From NCBI GenBank assembly GCA_951406725.2, contig OX597823.1, positions 63,984,001 through 64,048,000 of the forward strand: 64,000 nucleotides of DNA, written 5' to 3'. This document shows, piece by piece, positions 1-12,599 of the stretch; position 1 is the first letter of the stretch; each line of letters opens with the position of its first letter. Position numbers and translations under genes: made by a program. Under the pieces are notes generated by a model. The model was not told the DNA's origin. It did no database searches and saw only the letters and a list, made by a program, of their open reading frames with translations. The stretch comes from Octopus vulgaris (Eukaryota).

Positions 1-49
1 TGGAGTGTGATTTGAAGAGGGGCGTTTAGCTGCTGTTTCTCGTATATAC

Positions 50-213
50 AGCTTGGCACCAGTGACGTCACTCCTCATTTCTACAGCTGAGTGAACTGGA
101 GCAACGTGAAATAAAGTGTCTTGCTCAAGGACATAACACACAGCCTGGTCTGGGAATCGAACTCACTACCTCATAATTGTGAACCTGAAGTTCTAACCAC
201 TGAGCCATGCATC
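50..213 (-). mobile_element. tRNA-derived SINE, family E (5' part)
   Basis: Minus strand has A-box TGGCTCAGTGG and B-box-like GTTCGATTCC, then TGTGTTATGTCCTTGAGCAAGACACTTT. The same family recurs at 26072, 50545 and 51513. Confidence 0.75.
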
Positions 214-290
214 TGTCTACGTCCCCCTGTAACTTAGCAGGTCAACAAATGAGAGCAGGCTTAAAAGTTTAAAATAAGTACTAAAATAAG

Positions 291-718
291 ATAGGCGCAG
301 GAGTGGCTGTGTGGTAAGTAGCTTACTAACCAACCACATGGTTCCGGGTTCAGTCCCACTGCGTGGCATCTTGGGCAAGTGTCTTCTGCTATAGCCCCGG
401 GCCGACCAATGCCTTGTGAGTGGATTTGGTAGACGGAAACTGAAAGAAGCCTGTCGTATATATATGTATATATATATATATGTGTGTGTTTGTGTGTCTG
501 TGTTTGTCCCCCCACCATCGCTTGACAACCGATGCTGGTGTGTTTACGTCCCCGTCACTTAGCGGTTCGGCAAAAGAGACCGATAGAATAAGTACTGGGC
601 TTACAAAGAATAAGTCCCGGGGTCGATTTGCTCGACTAAAGGCGGTGCTCCAGCATGGCCGCAGTCAAATGACTGAAACAAGTAAAAGAGTAAAAGAGTA
701 AAAGAGAGAGAGAGAGTA
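291..718 (+). mobile_element. tRNA-derived SINE, family A (full length, internal TA/TG microsatellite, AAAAGAGT tail)
   Basis: GGAGTGGCTGTGTGGTAAG...GGTTCAGTCCC head, central (TA)n(TG)n, tail GACTGAAACAAGTAAAAGAGTAAAAGAG. More than 10 related copies in the window. Confidence 0.9.
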
Positions 719-1019
719 ATAGGTTGATTTGTTTTGACTAAAATTTTTCAAGGCAGTGCCCCAGCGTGGTCGCAGTCTGAAGACTTGAAACAATTAAAAG
801 ATAAAAAAAATAACTGCTAGTCTTCACCAACTGTTAACATTATTTTGAACTGTAAGTAATACTGTTTACCTAGTCAGCTCATTATGTAGCAATCCAACAA
901 GAGTGTCTCTATGCAGTTGCTCAATTTGCTGGAAATAGCAGCCAAATCTTACTTAAACCATACCCTGTTGTCTTATAAGATACTTGCTCATTTCTGTCTC
1001 ACCCTTTCTCTATGTCTGA

Positions 1020-1153
1020 ATGTTTCTCTCTCTCTCTCTCTCTCTCTTTCATTCTATACCTGTTTATCTTTCTCTCTCCCTCTCTTGATATGTGTGTTTA
1101 TCTCTTCCTCTTTGTGTATTTATCCATTTCCCTCCTCCCTTTATGTTTTTGTG

Positions 1154-1190
<37 letters not shown>

Positions 1191-1856
1191 TTTTTATATC
1201 TATCTGTTTACCTCTCTCTCTCTCTCTCTCATTATGTATTTCTCTCTCTCTTTCTGTTTATCTATGTGCATGATTCTCTTTTTTCTCTTTCTCACTCCCT
1301 CTCTGTTTCACTCACTCCTCTTCGGATGTGGTGTGTGTGTGTGTGCATGTGTGTGTGTGGGTGTGAATGGCTTAGTGGTGTGTGTGTATGTTTGTACAAG
1401 TGTGTGTATGAATGTGTGTGCATGTGTGTGGTGTGCATGTGTGTCTGTGCATGCGTGCATGTGTGTGTATGCACAAGCATATGCATGTGTGTATGTTTGA
1501 ACATGTCTGTGTGTGTGTATGAATGTGTATGTATGTGTCTGTGTGAGTGCGTGTGTGTGGGTGTGGGTGAATGGGTAAGTGGTGCATGTGTGTTTGTACA
1601 TGTGTCTGTGTGTGTATGAATGTGTATGTATGCGTGCGTGTGCACGGGTGTGTGAGTGTATGCGTGTGTGAATGGGTAAGCGGTGTATGTGTGTATGTTT
1701 GTGTATGTGTGTCTATGTGTGTGTATGAATGTGTGTGCGTGCATGTGTGTGTGTGTGAATGGGTAAGTGGTGCATGTGTCTGTGTTTGTATGAATGCACT
1801 CGTGCGCATGTGTGTTTGTGTGTGTGTGTGTATGCATGCATGCATGTGTGTGTTTT
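1020..1856. repeat. CT-rich then GT-rich compound microsatellite with recurring GAATGGGTAAGTGGTGCATG motif
   Basis: Direct inspection; source of the CVCV/HTHT pseudo-ORFs. Confidence 0.9.
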
Positions 1857-2359
1857 AATTAATAATTTTATAAATCATTTTTTGGGGATTCTAATTATGT
1901 CTGAGGATAATCTGTGTACATAAAATGTAAATTGATAAATGACTTTCATGTCACATATCTTTCTTTATAGTTTTCATTATGATGATGATCATCATCATCA
2001 TCATGGTGGTGGTGTGAGTGTAATGATGATGATGGTGATGATAATGTTGATGATGGTTGTGGTGACAGTAGTGATGAGGATGGTGGTGACAGTAGAGATG
2101 AGGATGGTGGTGTTGGTACTCAAGACAATAATGTAGATGATGATAATGATAATTTTAATGTTTTTTATAGACTTACTTTCAGAGTTCTGTTCATTAAGTT
2201 CAAAATATTGGTTTCAAATTTAAGTACAGGGCCAGCATTTTATTTTTGGGGTGAGAGAGCAGTAGTTGATTACATCAACCCTAGTACATGACTGGTATTT
2301 ATTTTATTGATCCTGAAAAATCACTGTCTGCCACATATACAGGCTAGTCCTTTCAGGTT

Positions 2360-3105
2360 CTGGTGCCACTTAAAAAGCACCCATGCCAGTGCTACATTAA
2401 TGCACCTGTGCCAGGTCTGCATTAATGCACCCATGCCAGTGCTGTATTAATGCATTATTGATGTGTCTGATGATAGCACGCCTGACTGACATCCATGCTA
2501 GTGGAGCACTAAGAGCACCATCTGAGTGTGTTCGTCACCAGGGCTGCTGACTGGTTCCCGTGCCAGTGGCATGTAAAAAGCACCATCCAAGCATGATCGT
2601 TACCAGTGTCGACTTACTGGCACTTGTGCCGGTGGCATATGAAAAACGACATTCGAGCAAGGTCATTGCCAGTGCACCTGGACTGGCTCCTGTGCAGGTA
2701 GCATGTAAAAAACACCATTTGAGTGTGGCACGTAAAAGCACCCACTACACTCTTGGAGTGGTTGGTGTTAGGAAGGGCATCCAGCTGTAGAAACTCTGCC
2801 AGATCAGATTGGAGGCTGGTGCAGCCATCTGGCTCTCCAGTCCTCAGACAAACCATCCAACCCATGCTAGCATGGAAAGTGGGCATTAAATGATGATGAT
2901 GATGCCAGTGCTGCATGCACTCATGCCAATGGAACGTTAAAAAGCACCTGGCACACACTGCTAAGTGGTTGGCATTAGGAAGGGCATCCAGCGGCAGAAA
3001 CCATAACACAACAGACAGCTGGAGTCTGGACAGCTCCATGTCAAACCGTCCAACCCATACCAGCACGGAAAACAGATGATAAACGATGATGATGATGATG
3101 ATGAT
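2360..3105 (+). mobile_element. Non-autonomous RTE-related retroposon, family B (two tandem 3' ends), nested in a family D SINE
   Basis: GGTTGGTGTTAGGAAGGGCATCCAGC resembles RTE 5'-UTR motifs; copies end ...TTAAA(TGA)n. Family D halves flank it at ~2210-2320 and ~3107-3225. Confidence 0.7.
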
Positions 3106-3719
3106 TAAAGGATGAAAGGCAAAGTTGACCTTGGGAGAATTTGAGCTCCCAATGTAAAATCAAGAGGAACACTGCTAAGCATTTTGTCTGAAATAGTAAC
3201 AATTCTGCCAGTTCACGGCCTTCAGTAGTTCAAAATGATATAAGGGTTCTCCTACATTACAGAATCACTGGTTATGCTTACGGAACTGGTTGTATTAATC
3301 TCTTCCTTCCTTTCTTTCTTTCTTTCTTTCTTTCTTCCTTCCTTCCATTCTTTCTTTCTTTCTTTTTTTTTTTTGGTGGTGGTGAGTGATGAATACCAAA
3401 AAAAGTTCTGTAGAAATGTATTACAATTTATAACATGGAAGTCAGTAAGAAAATAAGTTTTGCGCTACAGAACATCCCCATTATGGCAAAGCTTTCAAGA
3501 ATACAACCCTTCCATAACATGAGGGACATTGCCCTTCATGCTGGGGTTTGGAGGAAGGAGCAGTGCCTGTGACCTTTTTTTTAGGTCTCCTGATACAGGT
3601 GAAATTGATGTTATTAATGGCTCCATTGCTGATATTCTTTTATTTCTTGCTGTTTCAGTCAATGGACTTGACCATTCTGTTTTTTTTTTGGTGTTTTTTA
3701 CTTAAGTCAAGTATTCTTT

Positions 3720-4128
3720 TATTCTTTTATTCTTTTACTTGTTTCTGTCATTTGACTGTGGCCATGCTGGAGCATGCCTTAAAAGGTTTTGTAGTTGAAG
3801 AATTTGACCCCAGGACTTATTCTTTGTCACCCTAGTACTTGCTCTATCGGTCACTTTTGTCAAACTACCAAGTCACGGGGATGTAAACACACCAACATTA
3901 GTTGTCAAGCAATGGTGTGGGGACAAACATGGACACAAAGACACATGCACATAAATACACACACGCACACACACATACACACACACGATGGGCTTCTTTC
4001 AGTTTGTCTACCAAATTTACTCCCAAGTTTTGCTCAGAAGACACTTGCCCAAAGTGCTATGCATTGGGACTGAACCTGGAAGCATGCAGTTTGGGAGCAA
4101 GCTTCTTACCACACAGCTGCACCTGCGT
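3720..4128 (-). mobile_element. SINE family A, diverged copy
   Basis: Reverse complement aligns by eye with 291-718. Confidence 0.85.
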
Positions 4129-4734
4129 ATTATCCAGTTTAATATCAGAGTGACCTTCCCTTTGAGACATGCTTTAACAAAAGCTAAGGGCTGCTTCACT
4201 CCTAGTGGTTTACCAGTATGCTGGACACCAACTCAGAATTTCTGAGTGCTTGTGCTACTGCTGGATGCTCATTGAGCCTATACTGGGTTCATTTGTCTTT
4301 ATGACAGTTCTCATTTTTAGTCTTGCTGCGTTTCTAGCGACCCTCCCCATCAGCTGTTTACTGGAGATCCCAGTAATTTATTTAGATGATTCAGGCATTG
4401 ATTGCACTCACTTTTTCAACTTGTGCAGTTATATCTTTTACATGTATTTGGGTGTCAAGTGTAAGCTAGAGCTTCTTTTCTTTAAATGTTATGCCTTTTT
4501 ATATTTTACCTATTGAGATGTCTTGAGAAGTCGTAGTAATAGTATTAAAATGTATGTATGTATGTATGTGTGTATGTATGTATTTAAGTATGTGTGTATG
4601 TATGTATTCTTATATGAGAGATTTTTATACCACTTCAAAAACTTAGATTTAAAGATTTTTTTTTTTCTTTTGAAAATTCCTGGTCCTCCCTGCCTATCTC
4701 TTTCAACCTTCTGCCAATATATCATCAGTTTAGT

Positions 4735-5125
<391 letters not shown>

Positions 5126-5746
5126 TAATGCACCAGATAATTTTTGATAAACATCTAACTTTTTACAGGCGTTGTTATTGTTATAGAAAGAAAGGGAACC
5201 ATGTTGGCTGCATAATAGTTAAATAAACGAGAACTGTAAAAACTTCTTGCAGGCTGTAACTGGAAATAGATAAGAAAAAGAAGTAAAAAAAGAAGCTATG
5301 AACAAAAATACAAACAAGTAGACAAAACAAAAAACCAGAAATGTATTGCGGAGTCTGGCTTATTGATTTAAAAAAAAAAAATTTTATGTGAAGCAATGAC
5401 TATATGTAATCTTATTACGTGTCCCTTCCATATTCAACATTTTCTTTATGTTCTTATAAATATCAAGTTCTTTTAACACCGTTTACTACTACAAATTATA
5501 TAAGTCTGAGATTTTGCTTGATGAAGCAAGAAATACTTTTCAGACAGAACTGTGCCTATGTAATTTTGAAGCAATCATCTAACAAAAGCCTGTGTGTTTT
5601 GGTTTGGAATCAGATGTCTAGGTCAGTCTAAATGGCTGTGTGTGACAGAATGGTATGGCAAATCTCATTAAGTCTTTATTTAAAGTCAAATAATGTTAAA
5701 TGTTAATGTTATATGTGTATGTGTGTATGAATGATGGTGTATACAT

Positions 5747-5777
<31 letters not shown>

Positions 5778-6737
5778 CATATGCAACAGAAGCTGTATTA
5801 GATTAGAATAGCTATCTATGTATCATACCTAATGTAAATATTTTGTGAATAAGAACAAAATGTATATATCAAAAGGATACAGAACTCTTCAAAGCAGTGG
5901 TGAATGAGACTGCCAGATGTATTTCTGCTTCATTACGCATTATCAATAATGTATACTAACTGCCAGCGTATATAGGCAAAATTTGTCTTCGTTGTTGTAT
6001 ACGTAAACAGTGAAAAATAATCACTGATGTTGCAGGTGGTTACTAGACTGAAAAATTCATGGTATGCAACAGAAGCAGTATTCATTTAAAATGGCCACTT
6101 ATTTATCATATGTAATAGGTTGGATGTGGTGCTGACAAAGAAGCAAAGACTTTTGAAATATAGCATATACACACCTATTACCCATTTTTCATCTTTGATC
6201 TCATTGTAGCTTACATTAGGCATACTTGGATATGAAATGTCTTAACAAATCAGTGCTATTTCTATACAAATTCTGTAGAGATAACCTTAACAAGTAATTT
6301 GATAACACTGCTAACACAGTAGAACAGAGTATTGACTTATAAAGCACTTAATATACTTTGTATTGTAGTATATTATCATTGAATAATGAAATATGGTGTC
6401 TCTACAAGTCATTAACTTAATATAAGCACATTTTGAATGGTAAAAAAACTCCCTGTAGTATTTGCCTAAAGATAGTATCTCCTACTGATGCATTGTGTTT
6501 AAAAACAATATGTGTATATCAGAGGGATGAAGAATTCTTCCCAGCAACAGCAACAGCAGCAGCAGTAGCATTGATCTTGCAACAAGCAAATTAGCTAGTT
6601 AAGAAAATCTCTATTAGAGATGAAAGCAGTAATTATACTGAGAAGTAATTTCTGTCACCACTTAAACACGGCTGTTCTGTAGGAACCAACATTACTGCTT
6701 ATATATATACATATACACATATATATATATATACATG

Positions 6738-6813
<76 letters not shown>

Positions 6814-7026
6814 TACATGTATATACATGATGTACTGAAATAATATAATGAAATAAATATCAAGCCAGCTGTTGCTGAATGCAGATATGGCACAAGTCTG
6901 GATAATACTAAAACAGTTGGCAAGCTATGAACCACTTGATAATAGAAAGCTATCAACAACAACAACAAATACAACAATAGCTGCACCTTTCTCTTGCTGT
7001 ATGTTTGTATGTATGTCACTTTTATC

Positions 7027-7197
7027 CTAATTATTATAAATCTTCCACTGAAGAGGGAGCCAGTTTCCAACAAAGATACAAGGCTCCATCCTTGGGATGT
7101 AGTTAACACAGACAAATTCAGATGTGAGAGCTGTTGCTGTAAGAGTGAGGTAGATCCGGCCACCCCCGTTAACGGGAACAAACCCAGATTTGAAATA
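7027..7197 (-). CDS. Candidate terminal coding exon of an unidentified host gene (YFKSGFVPVNGGGRIYLTLT...WLPLQWKIYNN*)
   Basis: Unique, GC-richer segment; minus-strand acceptor TTGTTCTATCGAATTCCAG at 7198; 56 open codons to TAG; UTR-like unique sequence downstream. No homolog recognised and a second frame is also open. Confidence 0.35.
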   Translation of the reverse strand, partial: YFKSGFVPVNGGGRIYLTLTATALTSEFVCVNYIPRMEPCIFVGNWLPLQWKIYNN

Positions 7198-8344
7198 CTG
7201 GAATTCGATAGAACAATAACCAATACAATATTAACAAAGCTAGCACACACACACACATAGACAGACTCACAGAGACAGACAGACAGACAGAAACATGCAT
7301 GTATGCACAGGGTATACATCATAAATGCTAAAGAATGTAAAAGTACACAACTTTTTTTACACTTTAAGAAACTAGCCTGAAGCGCAGTGTGAATGTCTGA
7401 AAAACACATCATTGATAAGGTCACAGGTTGCGATAAAGGACTTTGATAATTAGTTAATTGATAAATAACTACAACCACTGCATAATTTTTATTGGCCAAA
7501 TGACCTTTCCAAAGTACAAGTTCATGTGTGATATCTGTGTGTGTAGTCCATATTACTGGCTAGCATGTTTCTCCTCTTAGAAGAGTGTTAAATATGATGC
7601 AATTTCTACAAATTGAGAAAAGTTCCACATGATCAGTAGTTATTGATAATGGCAACTCGACCAGTAATGGTGTTTAGACTTACCACCCTCCTAACTGGGT
7701 AATCTGTAATGCACCTTGTGGGGGAGGTGAGAGCTTCAGCTTCTAAGTAGGGAACATGGTTGTGATCTGATGCAACTTGGCATAAAAGTTGTCTCTATTA
7801 TATTGGTAGAGTTAAGGAGGGAGAGGCTGCAAAAGTATCTTTGGCAGTTGGGAGATAAACAGAATGGGAAATTATTGTCTTTTGTCAATGAATTGTGCAG
7901 TGATATTTGATGGCAATTGTACTAACACAAACCATTTTGTTTGTACGACTACATGACTATGTCACTGCTGCATATTTGATTGAAAGATTTTAAATGAATT
8001 AAGCTTCAAGTAAAGATACAGTTAAATTAAAAATCTTATCTTGTTTCTACCAAAAATTGTAATCCTACAAATTCCACTCAACATATGTTGTTTTAATTTT
8101 AATTTACTCAAACACAACTGCTACAGTCAGATTTATCACATAGCAATAGAAAGAGACGAAGAAGGAGAGAAAGAGAGAGAGAGGGGGTGAGAGAGAGTAG
8201 GTGACAGAGAGTAGAGGATTGAAACTTACTTGCAGTATTATTGGATCAGTGTTTAACAGAGGTTTCAAGTAAATTAAATTCCAAATAAAGATTTGAAATT
8301 TTAACATATTTTGGGTAAAAATGCTGTTAAATTATAGATGCATG

Positions 8345-8598
8345 TATGTTCCTTCTCGAGCCATGCCAGGCTCATAAGGGCCAGTTTCCCAGTTTCGGTA
8401 GCGTAGAAATTCCCCACCTGGACGGGATGCCAGTCCGTTGCAGGATTAGTCATTTTTGCCAGCTGAGTGGACTGGAGCAACGTGAAAATGAAGTGTTTTG
8501 CTCAAGAACACAATGCATCACCCAGTCCAGGAATCAAAACCGCAACCTTAGAATCATGAGTTCAACACCCTAACTACTAAGCCACGTGCCTCCACAGA
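8345..8598 (-). mobile_element. tRNA-derived SINE with family E-like head and family C-like 3' part
   Basis: GTGGAGGCACGTGGCTTAG head, TCTTGAGCAAAACAC body, CCTGCAACGGACTGGCATCCCGTCCAGG...GGCTCGAGAAGGAAC tail. Confidence 0.7.
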
Positions 8599-8744
8599 TA
8601 TATGTATAATGTATGTATAACATGTATAGGAAAAATAATATTTTTAGTAGGTTTAGCCTGGGAGTAGGTATTATCCCAAAGTTCTTTGTAGACCTTCTTA
8701 AGACTAGTGAGACTGGTGCAGTTATTAACACTTCACACATATTG

Positions 8745-8880
8745 TTCCGAAGCATGCACAGGGAAGGAATTCCAGAGGGGTGACATTCTGCAGAAGAATA
8801 ACATTCTCGATATAGTGGTTGGTGTAGGTCTATAGAGTGTGAGGGTGGGGGTGGGGGTGGGTGATGGAATGGACAACTGC
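8745..8880 (-). mobile_element. LINE 3'-end fragment (CR1/L2/Jockey-like)
   Basis: Minus strand encodes LFFCRMSPLWNSFP, resembling the SFFxRxxxLWNSLP ORF2 C-terminal motif. Confidence 0.5.
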
Positions 8881-9469
8881 ATTTGGTAAGATTTCTCCTG
8901 GATTGAACCTACAATCTTAAGATCATAAGTGCAACGCCCTAACCACTAAGCCACACACCTTCATACACACACACACACACACACACACACATGAACATAT
9001 GATTATTGTGATGATGATGATGATGACAATGATGCTCATCATCATCGTCATCATCTTCATCATCATCATCGTCATCATCATCTTGGTAATGTGATTATCT
9101 GTTAAAACCTTGAAACTTATCATCCATTGGATTTAATACAGAATCTAGCAAATAATTATTTGTTGAACAAATATATTCTCTTGAATTTGTTTATTGTTTG
9201 TTGAAAATGCAAGGAAATTTTCTGTTAAAACAGCAAAGACATTGAGTTTTATGAGATTACACTAGAGACTGTTGAACTGGTGATGACTTTTTCATTTTCT
9301 TAGCATTTTAAGCCATGGCACTGAAAGGTTTCACAGTTGGAAACTAGGTAGACCTCACTTGAAGTGAGTTATGAAACATGTGCAAACACACATACACACA
9401 CACACAGACACACACACATACAGACACAGACACAGACACACACACACACACATACAGACACACACACTA

Positions 9470-9502
<33 letters not shown>

Positions 9503-9668
9503 TATACAAGATAAGAAAATAGAGAAATACATCTAAATCAAATATCAATTACCAGATAATACTTAATCACATACTTTATTAAACCACCACATAAGAGACT
9601 GTAGGGTTAGATATAAAATCAGAACAAATCAGTGTACATAAAGGAATGTACATAAAAATGTGTACATA

Positions 9669-9795
9669 ATCTTCGAAGAGGCCTTATGATATTTTTGTAA
9701 ATGTCTCATTTATATCTATATATTGACCTACCATAAAGGGCTAATATTGGTAAAATGAGACATACTTATCTACATGGCCGAAACAGCTGTAAGAT
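9669..9795 (+). ncRNA. Minimal type-I hammerhead ribozyme motif with ~100-nt helix II (variant core)
   Basis: ATCT-TCGAAGA-GGCC...GGCC-GAAA-CAGCTG-TA-AGAT; inner 11-bp stem ATGTCTCATTT/AAATGAGACAT; palindromic ACAGCTGT helix III. Confidence 0.65.
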
Positions 9796-9835
9796 GTAAT
9801 CTATACTTATATTTATATTTACTTATATTTATATT

Positions 9836-10399
9836 CTGGAAATTAATTGTTATCGCCATATTAATATGGCATTCTTATAGATATAAGAATAATCGCTGCC
9901 GCTGGTCAGCTCCATGAGGCCACCACCTTAAGATAGCTATTGATACACGATCTGTATCCATTATGACCTTCGAACAAGGGAGGTCAGCCGCTTCACACTG
10001 CCAGTCCGACAGCTACAGACGCGTTTCGGGGTATTGCCCCTTGTCAATGTAGCGCAGTCAGACCCCGCAGGTGTCGCCACTGACGTCTCTGTTCGAAGGC
10101 TTATATTTACCTAGTTTCAGTGGAATACATCCACCTGTTTTCAATAATAGAAATATTAAAATTACTGTCGGACTGGCAGTGTGAAGCGGCTGACCTCCCT
10201 TGTTCGAAGGTTATAATGGATACAGATCGTGTATCAATAGCTATCTTAAGGCGGTGGCCTCATGGAGCTGACCAGCGGCAGTGATTATTCTTATATCTAT
10301 AAGAATGCCATATTAATATGGCGATAACAATTAATTTCCAGTAAACGCTGTCGTAATCTCTTTTATAGAGACTTAGTAATTTTAATATTTCTATTATTT
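9836..10399. mobile_element. Retrozyme-like ~365-nt-monomer element, locus 1 (177-bp inverted arms)
   Basis: 9836-10012 pairs with 10165-10341; homologous to 60089-60618 and 61540-62082; contains a hammerhead. Confidence 0.75.
10012..10053 (-). ncRNA. Minimal type-I hammerhead ribozyme, U3-A8 core variant
   Basis: Minus strand: GCTACA-TTGACAA-GGGG CAATA CCCC-GAAA-CGCG-TC-TGTAGC. Confidence 0.85.
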
Positions 10400-10875
10400 A
10401 TATTCTCTTTTATATATATTCTACTTATTATACAACATTACTTTTTTATGTAACACTTTTTTATGTACATTCCTTTATGTACACTGATTTGTTCTGCTTT
10501 TTATATCTAACCCTACAGTCTCTTATGTGGTGGTTTAATAAAGTATGTGATTGAGTATTATCTGGTAATTGATATTTGATTTAGATGTATTTCTCCATTT
10601 TCTTATCTTGTATTAGTAATTTGTGGTAAATCATTTTACCTTTGCCCATATAATACAGTAAATGAATTGATTACATCGCAATCATTAACATTTATGTATT
10701 AACTTTGTTGGGTACTTCACTAACAGTATATTGGATATATGTTATCCCATGGAGGGTTGCATTTACAACCCCTATCTCAATTTGTATATATATATATATA
10801 TATATATATTGGGTTTCTTTCAGTTTCTGTCTGCCAAATCCACTCACAAGGCTTTGGTTGGGTAGAAGCTATAGT

Positions 10876-11178
10876 TGTTTGTTCCTTCTCGAGCCATGCC
10901 TGGCTCATAAGGGCCGGTTTCCTGGTTTCTTTGGTGTATAAGGTCCCCACCTAGATGGGACGCCAGTCTGTCGCAGGTGAGCTGCAAGATGCAGGAGGAA
11001 AGAGTGAGAGAAAGTTATGACGAAAGAGTCAGCAGAAGTTCGCCATTACCTTCTGCTGGAGCCGTGTGGAGCTTAGGTGTTTCGCTCATAAACACACACA
11101 TCGCCTGGTCTGAGATTCGAACACGCGAACCCACGACCACGAGTCTGCTGCTTTAACCACTAGGCCATGTGCCTCCAC
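10876..11178 (-). mobile_element. tRNA-derived SINE family C (V-domain-like body) with 12-bp TSD, inserted into a family A SINE
   Basis: TSD AGAAGCTATAGT at 10864-10875 and 11179-11190; GGCCTAGTGG/GTTCGAATC boxes; ACAAAC tail. Confidence 0.85.
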
Positions 11179-11239
11179 AGAAGCTATAGTAAGAGACACT
11201 TACCCAAGGTGCCATGCAGTTGGACTGCATGTGGTTTGA

Positions 11240-11590
11240 ATGTGTATATGTAAGTTTTGTATGTATATATATGTATGTATCTATATGTGTATACATTTAT
11301 GACAGTTTATATGCTTATATGTACTGTTATATGTGTGATTCTATGTCTCTCTCTCTTTCTCTCCCTCTCCCCCCTCTTACTCTCTCTCTATATATATATA
11401 CATACATGCATACGTATATATATGTGTATATATATATATATACATATATGTATATATACATATACACACATATATGTATATATGTATATATACATGTACA
11501 TGTATATATATATATACACATACATATATATATATGTATATATATGTATGTATATATATATGTATATATATATGTATATATATATATGTG

Positions 11591-11633
<43 letters not shown>

Positions 11634-11769
11634 ATGTATATACATATATATATATGTATATATATACATGTACATATATATGTATATATATATGTACATA
11701 TATATGTATGTATATACATGTACATATATATGTATATATGTATGTATGTATATGTATGTATGTATATAC

Positions 11770-11802
<33 letters not shown>

Positions 11803-11950
11803 CATGTACATATATATGTATATATAAATGTACATATATATATACACATACATATATATATGTATATATATGTATGTATATATATGTATATATATATGTA
11901 TGTATATATATATGTATGTATATATATATGTATATATATATGTGTATGTA

Positions 11951-11998
<48 letters not shown>

Positions 11999-12075
11999 CA
12001 TACATACATATATCTATATATATATATATGTGTTTTTGTGTGTGTTGGGTATGTGTGTGTGTGTGCATGTATGTA
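11240..12075. repeat. Long degenerate (TA/TG/CA) microsatellite
   Basis: Direct inspection; source of the 200-300 aa YIYI ORFs. Confidence 0.95.
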
Positions 12076-12470
12076 TGTGCCCTTGCGTATCTACTGTATG
12101 TAAATATGGATAAGAAGCGGTAAAGGTTGATGACTTTGATGTCTGATGTCATTGGTTGATGAACTTTTTGACATGTTCCTTTTAACTGAGAAAATATCTG
12201 CGAAGGCTTTATGACTTTTTAATTATAACTTATGGCATCGCTATGTCTATTGATTCGTAGATTATTCCCAGATATTCTATGTCATTGTTAAACCATAACC
12301 TAACTTAGATAAGTGAATTTAGATTGTATATTCATATGATCTCTCCGTTTGCTATTTGCGTGTTTTCAGCCACTCATTCTAATTCTCTTATATATTCCAA
12401 TGTAAAATTTAAAGGGGTCTCTAGTCCAGGTAATGTTTGCCTTATCTTACCTGTTTAAAATCTTCCCCGT

Positions 12471-12570
12471 TTAAAATTTTACCTGATGATGGTGGGTTGT
12501 ATCTTATGATGTAATTTTTCATCACTGCATTAAATAAATAAAATTCTACTGAAACAGCTGTAAATTTTAA
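12471..12570 (+). ncRNA. Degenerate hammerhead ribozyme motif (long helix II family)
   Basis: CTGATGA-T-GGTGGG...TCTACT-GAAA-CAGCTG-TA; helix I imperfect. Confidence 0.5.
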
Positions 12571-12599
12571 GTCCCATTTGTGTTTATTTTATATATATA

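Larger units (their letters stand above)
9505..10785 (+). mobile_element. Penelope-type terminal-repeat-like element with 5' inversion, hammerhead-bearing, inserted in (TA)n
   Basis: 9505-9658 is the reverse complement of ~10458-10612; hammerhead motif at 9669-9795; (TA)n on both flanks; interrupted by the element at 9836-10399. Confidence 0.6.

Noticed and set aside
294-370. tRNA-like sequences at SINE heads
   Set aside because: A/B boxes without a complete cloverleaf and always followed by SINE bodies; not tRNA genes.
3495-3630. Short minus-strand ORF MEPLITSISPVSG...
   Set aside because: 43 codons, no splice acceptor, no recognisable motif, adjacent to SINE tail sequence.
9304-9363. Plus-strand exon candidate containing ILSHG (caspase-like)
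   Set aside because: Five-residue match only; surrounding residues do not fit and no partner exons were found.
11214-12152. Long ORFs (200-300 aa) of [12 protein letters not shown] type here and at 1.0-1.8, 4.5-5.2, 17, 53.7, 58.5 and 63 kb
   Set aside because: Translations of dinucleotide/tetranucleotide microsatellites that lack stop codons.
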